64,000 nt of DNA from Octopus vulgaris (GCA_951406725.2 OX597816.1:55428001-55492000), one strand, 5' to 3'. Counted from the stretch's first letter, positions 12,098-25,170 are shown. A program made the numbers and translations. The notes: generated from the sequence alone by a model not told the origin.

Positions 12098-13426
12098 ACT
12101 AAATCCTCTCAGATCAATATGACTAATCCTCTTTTCTGAGAAGGTTTGCACATTGGAATTTCGCCCCTCCCCCGTCCATAGTTAACTTGCATTTTCTTTC
12201 GTCCAAGAATGAAATCAACCCTAACCCTAACCGCATTCTCGGACCCTCTCCGATGAACAACGACAAAATACTCCCACCCCCGTCTCATTGTATTACTCAC
12301 AAAAATATTATCACTAAATGTCCATAGTAAGAAGAAATGTTGAAAAGTCGACTTCATTCCAAAATTTAAAATTAAAAAAAATATGCATTTCCAAATAGAG
12401 AGGAACGGAGGAGCGAAAATGTGTTATTGTAATAATCTAAACAATGTTTTGTTTGATTCATGGAATGTGCAATTTACTCTTGACATATAATTGACTGACA
12501 ATGTTTCAGTGAATTTGGGACGGATGACAAGATGTACATATATACTTTTCAAGTGGATATGATTATACATATGGCTATACAAATACTTATGTACGCAGAC
12601 ACACAAACACACAAGAACGCACGTATACTCGCACACAAACACATATATACACAAAGGAAATGAGGGGAGAGAGGAAGAGAGAAAGAAACAAGAAATTCGT
12701 AGAGAGACACACAAGAAAACACACCATTAGGAAATGGAAACATATATTCATACATTTCAAACAATTTGAGAACTTATATCCGACATTAATTTCCCTTTGT
12801 AGCTAATTACGCATCCAGTTTTCAAATATTCATTCACGCAAGATAACTGGTGAAGATTTGAAGTATTTTGATATTGATGTGAGATCTAGACTGAAAGAAA
12901 TGAACCATAGCGGCAGCAACAGACAGTTCGCAGCTTGCACTAATGAAGAAGCGAGACAATGTATAAACTAAATGAAATATTGGCACGAAGGCTGATGCGG
13001 TAACTGCAATAGCAGTAGTTGAAACAGTTCATTGTTTCTGTACGTAGGTTGCTTCATGACATCTACACCTATTCACTCAACTGGTGGCTGAAGATATATC
13101 AGATTTCAGAGTTCATAATATATTGCAGATGTTGTTTATCGTTATTTTACCTCATGATACGTGGTGGCGGTGGGTATTAATATTGCGTCGTCACTGTTTT
13201 TGGACAATATTCACTGAAGAATTATATTTTGCTCGCGGTTTCTGTTGCAAAATAACACTAACAGTTCTCTCCTATCACGCCATTCTGTTGGAATCAATGG
13301 GGAGACAGTGATTAGTGTAGCCCGCGATAAGCAATGATTAAAAAGGAAAGTATAACCGCGTTCTGAATGTACTGGATCATGGATTGGCGGAACCAACGAG
13401 AAGATGGATTACTAAGAAAGATTCAG

Positions 13427-13617
<191 letters not shown>

Positions 13618-13619
13618 AT

Positions 13620-13830
13620 GACCCCATGTGTGCCGTTGGGGATTTTTTTTCCTCTGTCTTCCCTTCTATGGATCTTTCCTTCTCCTATGTTTCCGACGAA
13701 GAACTCCGCTCGACACGTTAAACGCTCCTTCTTTCCTTCTTTCCTGAGCGTCCAATAATACTATATTTGTTCCACGTCCTCGCGTTGTTGTGTTTTCTCC
13801 TTGTGTTTTCATATTTGGATTAACTTTATA
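13620..13830 (+). mobile_element. Short Penelope pLTR-like remnant with degenerate minimal HHR
   Basis: GTTT-CCGACGA-A-GAAC-TCC-GCTC-GACACGTT-AAAC followed by CCTGAGCGT. The downstream CCTGAGCG is shared with the 32298 and 62128 elements. Confidence 0.5.
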
Positions 13831-13831
13831 T

Positions 13832-13904
13832 AGGTGGTGCTATTAAGTTAGACATGGCCTGGGCCAATAATGGCCGAAACCTATCAAAGTATCAAAGTAT
13901 CAAA

Positions 13905-13907
<3 letters not shown>
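13832..13907 (+). mobile_element. Isolated 3' tail of the CR1-like LINE
   Basis: AGGTGGTGCTATTAAGTTAGACATGGCCTGGGCCAATAATGGCCGAAACCT(ATCAAAGT)n is nearly identical to 61200-61274, which follows the LINE ORF2 stop. Confidence 0.8.
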
Positions 13908-13952
<45 letters not shown>

Positions 13953-13990
13953 CCGGCTATCTATTTATCTATCCGGCTATCTATCTATCC

Positions 13991-14063
<73 letters not shown>

Positions 14064-14064
14064 A

Positions 14065-14108
<44 letters not shown>

Positions 14109-14238
14109 TTATCTATCTATCTATCAATCTATCTAATTAGCTATATATCTATTTATCTATCTATCCGGCTATCTATCAATCTATCTAATTAGCTATCTAT
14201 CTATTTATCTATCTATCCGGCTATCTATCAATCTATTT
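13906..14238. repeat. (TA)n then interrupted (TATC)n microsatellite
   Basis: Directly visible, with repeated CCGG and AATTAG interruptions. Confidence 0.95.
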
Positions 14239-14677
14239 AGTGGGAGATTGGAACGCTACCCTAGACATACATCTATACTACGTGGGCAGAGATAGTAACA
14301 GGAGGGGATGCTAATACCTCAAAGACCTGCTCAGACATTTCCAAATGTCTGACAGGTACCGACTGGACTACTCGAGTGTGCCAATGTGGGCGTGGAGCAA
14401 ACGCATCGGGTCGTCTGGATCGTACATACATAGAGTATTCTATAGGAGAGTGGGTAAGGGTAGTGTAGGTTGTTCACAATTCCATATAGTCAGCTACACA
14501 GACCACTAATTGTACACTTGACTTAGATAAGACACAAAAGCAGGGTCCCGGTTACTGGAAGGTGAACGCGTCGTTCACGGCACGCCAGGTGTACAGAGAC
14601 CGGATTAGCAAATTAGTTAAGAGTGCGTTGCGAGTCACGAAACCACTTTGAGCATGATCCTGTAAATTGAAAAGAGG

Positions 14678-14723
<46 letters not shown>

Positions 14724-15010
14724 ACTTTGCACTCATGTCTTTATTCCCTCCCTGCACAAGGTTACCGTGGTCGTTTTCGTAGGCTTTACTTTCCACGGAT
14801 AAACCTAATCTTGTTTCTTACATTTTAAAAATTATTCTGTGATACACGATCCGTTTTGATCGCCTTTTTTTTCTTTTTTCCCGATCCCTTTTGATCGGAA
14901 TTTTACTTTTTTCCCTCCTTTTCCCATTTTTCTCTTTCATTTTCGAAAAGCAAACTCTATAACTGTATTTGTCCCCTCTGTCTTCAGCCCTGTGTGCCCA
15001 ATAAAGAAAG
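14238..15010 (+). mobile_element. Internally deleted L1/Tx1-like LINE (APE endonuclease end plus 3' UTR)
   Basis: LDLDKTQKQGPGYWKVNAS (GxGYWKLN motif) and a TDH-like motif. The 3' UTR (GTTACCGTGGTC..CGTAGGCTTT..., CAGCCCTGTGTG.C.AATAAAGAAA) matches 24015-24340. Confidence 0.75.
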
Positions 15011-15310
<300 letters not shown>

Positions 15311-15923
15311 GTGTCTGTTTATTCTTGTATTCGTGTTTGTCCCCACCATCGCATGACAACCGATGTTGATTTGTATATATCCCCATAACCTAGAGGTTCG
15401 GCAAGTGTCCGTTATAAATGTTCAAGGCTGAAAGTTAAGTAATGAAATCGATTTGTTCTACTAAACTCTTCAAGGTGGTGTCACAATTTAGAGAATCATG
15501 CGGTTGCCACATAGAGCTCCTCTTGTAGACTCGGCTATCAGTCCACGTTGTAATTAATTAGAAAACAGTGCGCAATAAAGTGTCCTAATAACTGAAAATC
15601 CAGAAAAACCAAACGGTTAAAATATTCTGTGAGTATATATATTAAAAAAAACATAAATTCGGGAGATGAAAGTTGAATATAGAAATACCTAGCCATGTGA
15701 CCTCAATAGGTTTATAACCGTTTCGAAAAAATCTTGATGTAATATTAATTTCAATATTCAAGAAATTACGCACACGCATTTGCATTAGTATGTATGCTCA
15801 GCATCATAGAATACAACTGTATATTCACAGATCAATGCGAATAAAGAAAGCTAGCGCATCAGATCAGCAGAAGATTATGGTTACACCAACAGTTGAACAT
15901 TGACCATAAACAGAAGGATCACT

Positions 15924-16317
15924 GAATCAAAACTGGCGCGTGACCTGGGTATCGACCTGAATAATGATGCATCTTTCCAGGTGCACATTACCAATTTGAC
16001 AATAAAATGCGAACGTTTCGTTGGCTCGATCCTTCGAAGTTTCAAACCAAGTGATAATGAAACCATGATGGTCATCTGGAGGACTTTTGTTCTCAGCTCC
16101 CAACTGTGGTAACCAAACAGTGTAAAATTAACGACGGAAGTCAAGATGATCCAGTGAAGCTACACCAAGACGATCGACGCAATGTGACATATCAGCTACT
16201 GGGAAAGACTAAAAGAGGTCCGATTCTATTCCCTGGAGCAAAGGCGGAAAACACATGCTGTAATATACATCTGGAAAATTCTAGAAAAATAACTTGTACC
16301 AACATTTGGCATTGCCT
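15924..16317 (+). mobile_element. CR1-like LINE ORF2 C-terminal fragment
   Basis: RDLGIDLNNDASFQVHI..., GSILRSF..., SQLW, then remnants of SYWERLK..L.SLE.R. Flanked by a 32-bp direct repeat. Confidence 0.75.
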
Positions 16318-16995
16318 GTTGAACATTGACCATAAACAGAAAGATCACTCATTATACACAAATAATGGAAAGATGAAACTGAACAAAATAACATTGACTC
16401 GGTCAGTATTGCCTGTGTAGAGATGTTTCTATGTTGTATATATATAATCTGATTTACTCCAGATTTATAATTTTATGAAAAGAAGGTTGAGGTGTGTTTT
16501 AGGTCAGAGTGAGATTCTTGAACTTTCAAATTCTTTCCATGGATGTTTTGTGAACTTTGTTGAATTCCTAAAGAAGATTATTGTCGAAGAACACAATTTA
16601 TTTCTACTAGATTGACATTCTTGTCTTGAGGCAGTCATCCATGAATTATGTAGATTATTTAAATCACCTGCTGTTTTGTACCCTCCCCTACCAACCTGTA
16701 TAATTCGGTAAAAATATTTGTATTTGTTTATATTTTTATATTATTTTATTTTAAATTAGTTTGTCATTTTGTATTAATTTTCTTTATCTCTTAGTATTTC
16801 TTTTTGTTTGGCTTAAATTTAGACAGGTGAATCTCTTAATTTCTAAACAACACTTTATCTTATTGATATGAGAGTGTTGCAAAGTGAAGAAATTGTCTTC
16901 TATAGTAATAAAGCCACGGAACCTATTTACTCACATGTTTACCTTTTACTCTCTAAACCAATGTAATTTTGTGCAGCTCCAGTTTCCCGTAAAAA
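16318..16995 (-). mobile_element. Highly decayed Penelope-like RT/GIY-YIG remnants
   Basis: The minus strand shows an MDDCL (YxDD-like) motif, an IETSL..TD-like thumb region and a NYIG motif near 16960; many stops. Confidence 0.4.
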
Positions 16996-17834
16996 AAAAG
17001 TGTGTTTTGTATGCACCTTTAGAGTTAAACTGGCGATGTAACTATGATGTTCCGGTAATCTGATGAGCGAGCTTTATTTGCATGAATTTATGAATGCGCA
17101 ATTGTATTGTATTATATTGGGCTGACATATTAATGCACACATGTACGCATAATTCTTTGTTTATTGAAATTAATACATGAGAAGATTTGCAAAAATTAGC
17201 TTTTAAGTGAATTCCATGATGCTGGTTAAATATTCAATAAATCTATACTCATTTGTCATACCTTCTGAATTTAAGCTCATATACATATACATACAAATAT
17301 ATATACCATAAAGGTATAATCCCAGGTAAACCTCACCTGGTATTATACATAAGGGCCTATACCTTCACGGAAGTACGGACCAACCTTCATATCTTCTAGA
17401 AAAATAACATTACCTTTACTTTTTATTCTTCTATTTTATTCCTTATAAACGGTGAATTTCCCTGTGTTGAACTTTTCTACATACTCACCTTGTCTCTTAT
17501 GACGGAATACCCAGTGTACGGACATGCTAGCCGATCACTTGGCATAGCACAGAAACAGCTGTAAGATTTCAAATTCACCTTACCTTAATCAAATTATTAT
17601 AAATGACTTGAGATACTCGTCCTGCTTGGCTTTTGTTGTCCTTCTCCTTTAGTATATACCTGCTAGCACGGAAGCCTAATACGGATCCCTAGCTGCAGCC
17701 GCGGCTGTGAAATTGGAACCTAACCGATGACCAATTATAGCACCTACTCGGCGTACCTATTCATTTAGATCAGTAGTGAACTAAACCCGTCATATTCTAT
17801 ATATATATATATTTATAATTCGGTACACATACAG

Positions 17835-17873
<39 letters not shown>

Positions 17874-18269
17874 CTAGGGATGGAATCCATTAATGGATTT
17901 GTGAACTACTATAAACGCACGCGTCAAACCAACATCATCCTGCCATACTCAGTAGCGAAGCGTACATATCACACCACTGTAACGTATTATGTAAACTGAT
18001 GAGGTTCTTTCTTGACTGTGGAGTCCATTCGATTCCATTATATCGTTCTCCTTCCTCTAGGGAGCAATGCAGATGTAAGGCGAAACGATTGTCGTGCTAA
18101 ATAAAGCTTGCAGTATACTCTGTCTTCCCAATCAATCATTTAAAATATACTAAATTTGTACCGAGGAATTCCTTATGTAGATCTTCCGACGAAGCAGCAG
18201 TGCCGACCGGTAGCCATAAGTGATGAACGTACTTCAAGGCACACTACTAGAGACATACCCAAAACAAGG

Positions 18270-19289
18270 TTTGAATGGTACATTATAAAGTATGCTATCT
18301 TTAATTTAAATAGAACACATCTATATATATATAGAACTAAAATTATCTTCCTGAACGACCTAGTGACATGCAATCAAGCGGAATGCATAGCGCTCACTGA
18401 AATGCACCTAAAACCCAGCATCGCTGATGCAGAAATACACATACCGAATTATGTGGTATTCGGAAGCGATAGAAAAGACATCCGTGAAGATCTCACGCCG
18501 CAGATCCTTTTGTGACACTCAAACTCAGTGTGTGGAGCACGAAATTGTTCATAAAAGTCGACTCGACATCTTTACTACATATCGCCCACCAGATGCACCA
18601 AATCTTATTGGAAGACTGCCGTACAAGAATAGAAGCGGCCTTAATCAAAATAGAAAAGCACATCATAGTACTTTCGATAGGATACTTCAATCAGCCCAAT
18701 ATGAAATGGCCTGAAGGTATTTTCCTCTCAGGAATGATGCGATGTGAGCAAAGTCAGGTGGAATTCCTGTTTAACCACGCCAACAAGTTATACAAGGAGC
18801 AAATAATACTCCAACCAATCAGGGCAGACTATATACTTGACCTCTGCTTCACAATGTAGAGCTCATCCATAATGCAAAAGTGACACCAACACTAATCTCG
18901 GATCATAACGTAATAGACCTGACCGTATATGGACCAGAGGAATCCACAAACATGCAGCCTATGAGAAGCACGAACACCTATCCAATCTGACCTAACACAA
19001 AGTATACTGGAAGACAGTTGAGAAAGAGATCACCAAACGGGACCTGTTCCAATATCTATCCACACCTGACATGGACAAAAAATTGAAAACTTTCATGTCT
19101 GTAATACAAGCCATATGGTACACTTTTGTCCAAGAGAGAAGGGCTACTGCACATAAAAAACAAGATTTCCAGGGAGAGAAAAGTTCCTGTGAGACGGCGT
19201 AAAATAATTGCAAATTGTACATACCAAAGGCACACAGAGCTGCGCTTGGTAGTGAAGTGAAAGCACGCTATAAAAATAGAACTACTGAA

Positions 19290-19290
<1 letters not shown>
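18270..19290 (+). mobile_element. CR1-like LINE apurinic endonuclease region (decayed)
   Basis: CIALTEMHLKPSIADAEIHIPNYVVFGSDRK, TYRPPD, GYFNQPNMKW, ILDLCFT, SDHNVI. Paralogous to 58680-59600. Confidence 0.85.
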
Positions 19291-19351
<61 letters not shown>

Positions 19352-19365
19352 TTACTACTACTATA

Positions 19366-19406
<41 letters not shown>

Positions 19407-19410
19407 TATT
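19290..19410. repeat. (ACT)n + (AAT)n microsatellite
   Basis: Directly visible. Confidence 0.95.
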
Positions 19411-20559
19411 AATAATGTGTGTATGTAGGCATGCATGCATGTATGCATGTATGTACGTTGGTATGCATATATGTATATATTTATATATATATTTATGATA
19501 ATTAAAGGGATTTTGCTTTGAATGCCTTCAACATCTGAGCATAGGTTGCGCCGTGATATCATTCCAATGAACAAAACTGATTGTATGTAACACTTCCTTC
19601 AATGACAACATAACTTAGATGTTGATCTTATTAACTATAGAAAATATAATTCAGAAAGCTGGGCGTAGCTGCTCTCGTGGTTTAACCTATTTGGATAAAA
19701 TAGAGAATGGTTTAAAGAAATTATCCAGAATACAGGATATTATTTAATGTAAGTGTAATGCAGGAAAATATAAAAATGTATTTATTGAGTCGTGTAATTA
19801 TTTAATGTGCGCTTGGCCTTATATTAATATGAGATTACAGAACAAGCTGGAGTTGATCAAAGTTCAGAATAGAGCTAATAAAATATGTTTGGGTAAATAG
19901 AATCATTCATGAAGGACACATTAAAGCTGACTGAAAATTAATGTAGCAAGATTTTGAACGACAGGGAGATTGAAGCATGTTAAAGTTTACGGCCGATTGG
20001 CCTCGAGAGACATCCAGATGGTTTTACTGAAAGAATATTTATAGAAGATGCATATTAGCTGATGTCAATGTTAATTTCATGGTAATGCCAACAGATTAGT
20101 GTATAGATACAGTTTCAGAAACAATTTTCTCTGCTTTCTCTGAGACTGCAATATTCTGATTTGTCTTGATATGTTTGCAAATATCATGCCTCATTGGTGA
20201 ATGATTTGCTTGTAGAAAATAATTCAATGACCTTCACCTCTAAAGGAATGCACAGTATGACGAACTGACGCTTTCAACATATATTAATATAAACATATTT
20301 TTTATATCTTATTTACTGTTCTTAGATATTTACTGTAGGAGATCTGTCACTGATAATTGAGAAATATTCTGCAACTGTTACTCCAATATATTTTGCAATT
20401 CCAAATCTGAAAGAAAACGAATAAAAAGGATGTCAAACGGAAAATCAGTGGAAGGAAAACGAAAATCAGTAACCCAGTTAGACTAGAATGAGAATAATTT
20501 TTGTTAAAATATTAGTATAAAACTAGATATGTTGACGACGCTCGGCGGGTTCACGCACG

Positions 20560-21330
20560 ATGTATATCAATGAAGGAAAACTCGCATCGGAGCTGCGGTA
20601 TAGGTGGCAGCATGCTTTCTTTGATTCGGATATTTCTCGAAGCCTTCAAATTTGTATAGAATGTGTATTTATAGTGTCCCATTGTATTCTTCCACCAAAG
20701 GTAACTTAGCTGAATCGATTTCCATTTCAGTAATCCTTGGGAACCGACAGTGATATTTCGGATCTGATATCTTCAAATCTTTTGTGGCTGTTGTTTGCTT
20801 CTCTTTAGAAGCAAAGTTTAGTTTTCATTCTTTACCTTGGGCCACTTTCTTCCCTACATTTCTGTTAGCATTGAGTGACATCTCACAAAGAGTCCTTCAA
20901 TTCTTGTCCGAAACCTGGCAAAGTGTGTTGGATATGTTGTGCATTGCAGGTTAGCATCGCCTGCAACTCTTCTCCGCTCGATTTACTTCCCAGAACCTTT
21001 AATTTTGTTGTGTCATTAACTTCTCTGACATTGACACAAAACAATTCAGTAATCAGATTAAAAACATTCAGAAGAGTTGCATGCGCGCTTACAGTTGATG
21101 GTGCTATTTCTCTTCTTTCTAGCTTGGATATCGTCCACTTACGTAAAGCTATCGCATTTGTGGTGAAATGTCCAGAACCTAATGCATAATCCTGAAAGCT
21201 TGCATTAGTCGTTACAAGGCTGTACCGTTCTATAAGTTTCACCTGTTTGCCATTTTTATTGGTAAATCTGCTAGGGAGTGTGATTTTGTAGGTACTGTAA
21301 TCCAAACCAATTAAAAGGGCGTGTGCAACA
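20560..21330 (-). pseudogene. Unidentified protein remnant (140-aa open frame plus a frameshifted continuation)
   Basis: Non-repetitive ORF 20883-21305. A shifted frame continues EMSLNANRNVGKKVAQGKE*KLNFASKEKQTTATKDLKISDPKYHCRFPRITEME. Identity unknown. Confidence 0.35.
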
Positions 21331-21471
21331 ATGCCACCGATTGCTGTACATCTTGATAGAATTACTCAGAATACTTCTGGATTTTCGTTGTGTAGGATGT
21401 AACAATGCTTGATGAGGTTCCCACCATAGTAATTTTCATGTCATGTTCAGAACAGTACTTAATATTTATGC

Positions 21472-21920
21472 AGGCAATGGAGTGATGAGCTGGAAGAATC
21501 GTTAGCATACCGTGCAAAATGCTTAGTGGTAATTTGTTCGTCGCTACGTTCTCAAAGGCGGCGAGCTGGCAGAAACGTCAGCACGCCGGGCGAAATGCGC
21601 AGCCGTATTTCGTCTGCTGTTACGTTCTGAGTTGAAATTTCGCCGAGGTCGACTTTGCCTTTCATCTTTTCGGGGTCGATTAAATAAGTACCAGTTACAC
21701 ACTGGGGTCGATATAATCGACTTAATCCGTTTGTCTGTCCCTGCCTGTCCTCTCTGTGTTTAGCCCCTTGTGGGTAGTAAAGAAATAGCTAAGTTCTGAA
21801 TTCACCGAGATCGACCTTGACTTTCATCCTTTTGGGGAATCACTGGGCACTGTGGTCGATGTAATCGACTTACCCCTCCCCCGAAGTTGTTGGCCTTGTG
21901 CCAAAATTGGAAATCAATAT
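21472..21920 (+). mobile_element. Older family C SINE containing a younger family C SINE (21555-21788)
   Basis: The outer copy is interrupted at CTACGTTCT and resumes at CTAAGTTCT (TSD-like). Outer flanks AATATTTATGCAGG / AATATTATTGCAGG. Confidence 0.85.
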
Positions 21921-22719
21921 TATTGCAGGTATTAAAGGTTTTAAGATCAATAAGACAACTCATCCAGTAGCATCACTTCTTTTCTTATCCTATCCTGATG
22001 ATGGCATATAAATGTATCCCTCAAATGTCTCTTCATAACTAGATCTCTATGCATGTTTTGCTGTTCCTGTAATGAAATGGTGCCTGTTCAATACATATAC
22101 ACATCGTATAATAAATACTTCCTTCTTGGCAGAAATTACCGATTATAAAGTGGACTTTCCGGTGGATGAATGTGAATATATCTTCTTCGTGTGCGCCAGA
22201 GTCGGACCATCCGGCAAGGATTCAGGAACATTCTCTCAAATTTATTGGAAAGCAATTTTGAGAGAGAAAAGCAGAACAACCATTGAGGGAGCCTGGTTCT
22301 GGTGTTGCTGCATTGTGAATTCATCCGATATTTGACTCACTGATAAAATATTGAGTGTATAACTCCTTTAGAAACCATGTTCTCTTGTGGATGGCCATTT
22401 GGCTTTCTTTGGGGCTTATAGAGAGAGCGTTCTTCCCTTTACAAGCGAAACCTGGACCACGAAGAATGATTTTTATGCTTGTCTTGCTGGCACTTGCATC
22501 AGCTTTGTCAAAATTCATTTTATGATCACAAGAAGAAAAGGGAACTCAACTATTGCAGTTGAATACAGGACAGGCGTTGATGGTCACAGCTATTTCCTGC
22601 ACAATATGTCATGAATATATTCTGGATTCCATCATCTTCTGATTGCCTTCAACTCTTAAATTATGAAGGTCGCTCAACTAAAGAGCAGCTGTTGACAGAA
22701 ATGTGTAACAAAAAATCTA

Positions 22720-23070
22720 TAGAAGAAGAAGAAGAAGAAGAAGAAGAAGAAGAAGAAGAAGAAGAAGAAGAAGAAGAAGAAGAAGAAGAAGAAGAAGAAG
22801 AAGAAGAAGAAGAAGAAGAAGAAGAAAAATAACAATAACAAGTTGGACAAGAAGAAGAAGAAGAAGAAGAAGAAGAAGAAGAAGAAGAAGAAGAAGAAGG
22901 GGAAGAATGAGAAGAATAAGGAGGAGGAGAAGGAAGAGGAAGAATGAGAAGAAGGTGAGGAGGAGAGGAGGAGAAAAATAAAAAAGGGGGATAAGGAAGA
23001 GGGGGAGAAGTAGAAGAAAGAGAAAGAGAAGAGAAGAAAAAAGGAGGTGGAGAAGAGAAAAGAAAAACAA
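22720..23070. repeat. (GAA)n microsatellite and degenerate polypurine tract
   Basis: Directly visible. Confidence 0.97.
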
Positions 23071-23598
23071 TCACATACTTTCATAGAAATATGAAAAATT
23101 TCTTTTGAGATATTCGTAGAAATATCTTCGCTACTGCAATAATTTTAACAGTGTGAATGAAATCTCGAATTAATCTTATTTGTATATCACATTAAGTACG
23201 TAATTGAAATCTTGATATCTTGCAAATGGAATCAGTAATAGGTTAATGCAATGAACGCAACGTTTAAAATAGTATTCCATGTGAAATATCTGAGAGGATA
23301 ACTAGCTGAGTTTTCTTCCAATATTCATTGCATCACTGACTAATTAAGAAAGATACATGCAATCTAAATTACATAAGATTCTGTATACAATTAACACTAC
23401 TGCTATGGCCTTCTTTAATTAGATCATTCGCTGCAATTTCATTCATTCATTCATTCATTCATTCATTCAAACGTGTGTCATTTTGAAGCTGAACAGTGAG
23501 ACACATGGGTATTGTTTTAAACAATTCTATTCATTTGTAAAATATCAGAGATTTTCTTCCATATACCTTCTTTGGTTCACACTTAGATAAATATATCG

Positions 23599-23665
<67 letters not shown>

Positions 23666-23732
23666 GTATGTATGTATGTATGTATGTATGTATGTATGCA
23701 TGCATGTATGTATGTATGTATGTATGTATGTA

Positions 23733-24340
23733 TCTGGTGGACGCGTCTGAAAGGATTAGAGACAAACACTTTCCTCTCTGGTCAATCTCTCATCAACTTC
23801 TTCAAGTATCACTTGAAGAAAAAAGTGAGAGTAGAGAGGCAAGTTTTGTCTAGTGAATGTTTTAAAAAAAGATGGGTGAATGTAGCAAGGATGGCACGTA
23901 TGAATGACGAAGCCACCTTGACTATGATTCTATGAACCGTAAAAATTAATACAGAGAGTTGCTTATTTGCAAAAAAAAAAAAAAGAAATATAACATGTGA
24001 CTTCATTGACCGATGTTACCGTGGTCTTTTCCGTAGGCTTTTCTTTCCATGGGTAAACCTCACCTGTCCTCCCCTTTACACTTCATATTGACATTTCTGT
24101 GATAACGATCCCTATTGATCAATTTCCCCCCCCTTTTTTTAACCCCCCTTTTTTTGTCCTCTTTCTCTCCTTTTACGATCCCTTTTGATCGCCCCCCTTT
24201 TTTATTTTATTTTATTTTTTATTTTATTATTATTATTATTATTATTTTTTTTTTTTTTTTTTTTTAAACCTTCAAAAGAAAAGCTCTACCTTGTAATTTG
24301 TTCTATCTGTGTGCAGCCCTGTGTGGCTAATAAAGAAACA
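23733..24340 (+). mobile_element. L1/Tx1-like LINE 3' end (ORF2 C-terminus plus 3' UTR)
   Basis: IWWTRLKGLETNTFLSGQSLINFFKYHLKKKVRVER...F.KRW. Pyrimidine-rich UTR ending AATAAAGAAACA directly before (TATC)n. Homologous to 14760-15010. Confidence 0.75.
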
Positions 24341-24381
<41 letters not shown>

Positions 24382-24395
24382 GTATGTCTATTTAC

Positions 24396-24470
<75 letters not shown>

Positions 24471-24494
24471 CCTATCTATTAATCTATCTCTCTG

Positions 24495-24554
<60 letters not shown>

Positions 24555-24570
24555 ATCTAATCTAATCTAA
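24341..24570. repeat. (TATC)n microsatellite
   Basis: Directly visible. Confidence 0.95.
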
Positions 24571-24639
24571 TTTATGTATTTATTTCTGTCTGCCTCTCTA
24601 TCTATTCGGATTTCGTGTGGTCTGTCACTTTGTTGCATC

Positions 24640-25170
24640 GTCTACACATGAGGTGTTTATTCGAAACATTAAATGCTATTTCTACGTGTCTTTACATATT
24701 TTATTAATCCGACTACAGTAGCAGCAGTCGTTCTTACTGCACAGACGTTTCAGAAATCCAGCTTTAGTCGAAGGCACAAAACAATATTAGTCTATTACTT
24801 GCGCTCTAACGGATCATATAATGTGTTCCAGCTGATGGCATTGACAAAGAGGTTTGGGAATAGAAAGCATCCCTGCTGGGACTCGATCGAAGTTTGAAAA
24901 ATTCGAACTACTATCCATAAAAGCGAATATTTAGAGCTGTGTGTGGTATAAGGTGTTTAAGTCAACGAACCCCTCGTTTAATCCGCCAGCGATCAAGAGC
25001 TCACTGCCAATGAAAAATGTCTACGGAACTCCCAAAGTAAATGATGACTCACAGTTAAGAGCTTCAATAGTATTGTTATACGCTTCACAAACTGAAAACC
25101 TGATCTGTGAGAAGTTGGCTGTGATAACAATCCTAGTTTGGCCGAGTGAGTTAACTACATAACAACACTC
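24640..25170 (-). mobile_element. Old non-LTR RT fragment (RTE-like)
   Basis: Minus strand QTSIESQQGCFLFPNLFVNAISW (GV.QGC.LSP.LF) and AATVVGL.K..KT. Confidence 0.5.

Larger units (their letters stand above)
20522..22700 (-). mobile_element. Probable decayed Helitron: PIF1-like helicase remnants, an extra ORF remnant and a 3' hairpin-CTAG end
   Basis: Minus strand 22330-22620 gives DASASKTSIKIIL..QV (decayed DAPGGTGKTF..LL..V) and ESQMAIHK (ECTM.HK). The minus-strand end reads GCCGAGCGTCGTC-AACATAT-CTAG|T at 20522-20546. Interrupted by SINEs. Confidence 0.45.

Noticed and set aside
12217-12232. Interstitial telomeric repeat (CCCTAA)n
   Set aside because: Fewer than three units; too short to indicate a telomere or fusion.
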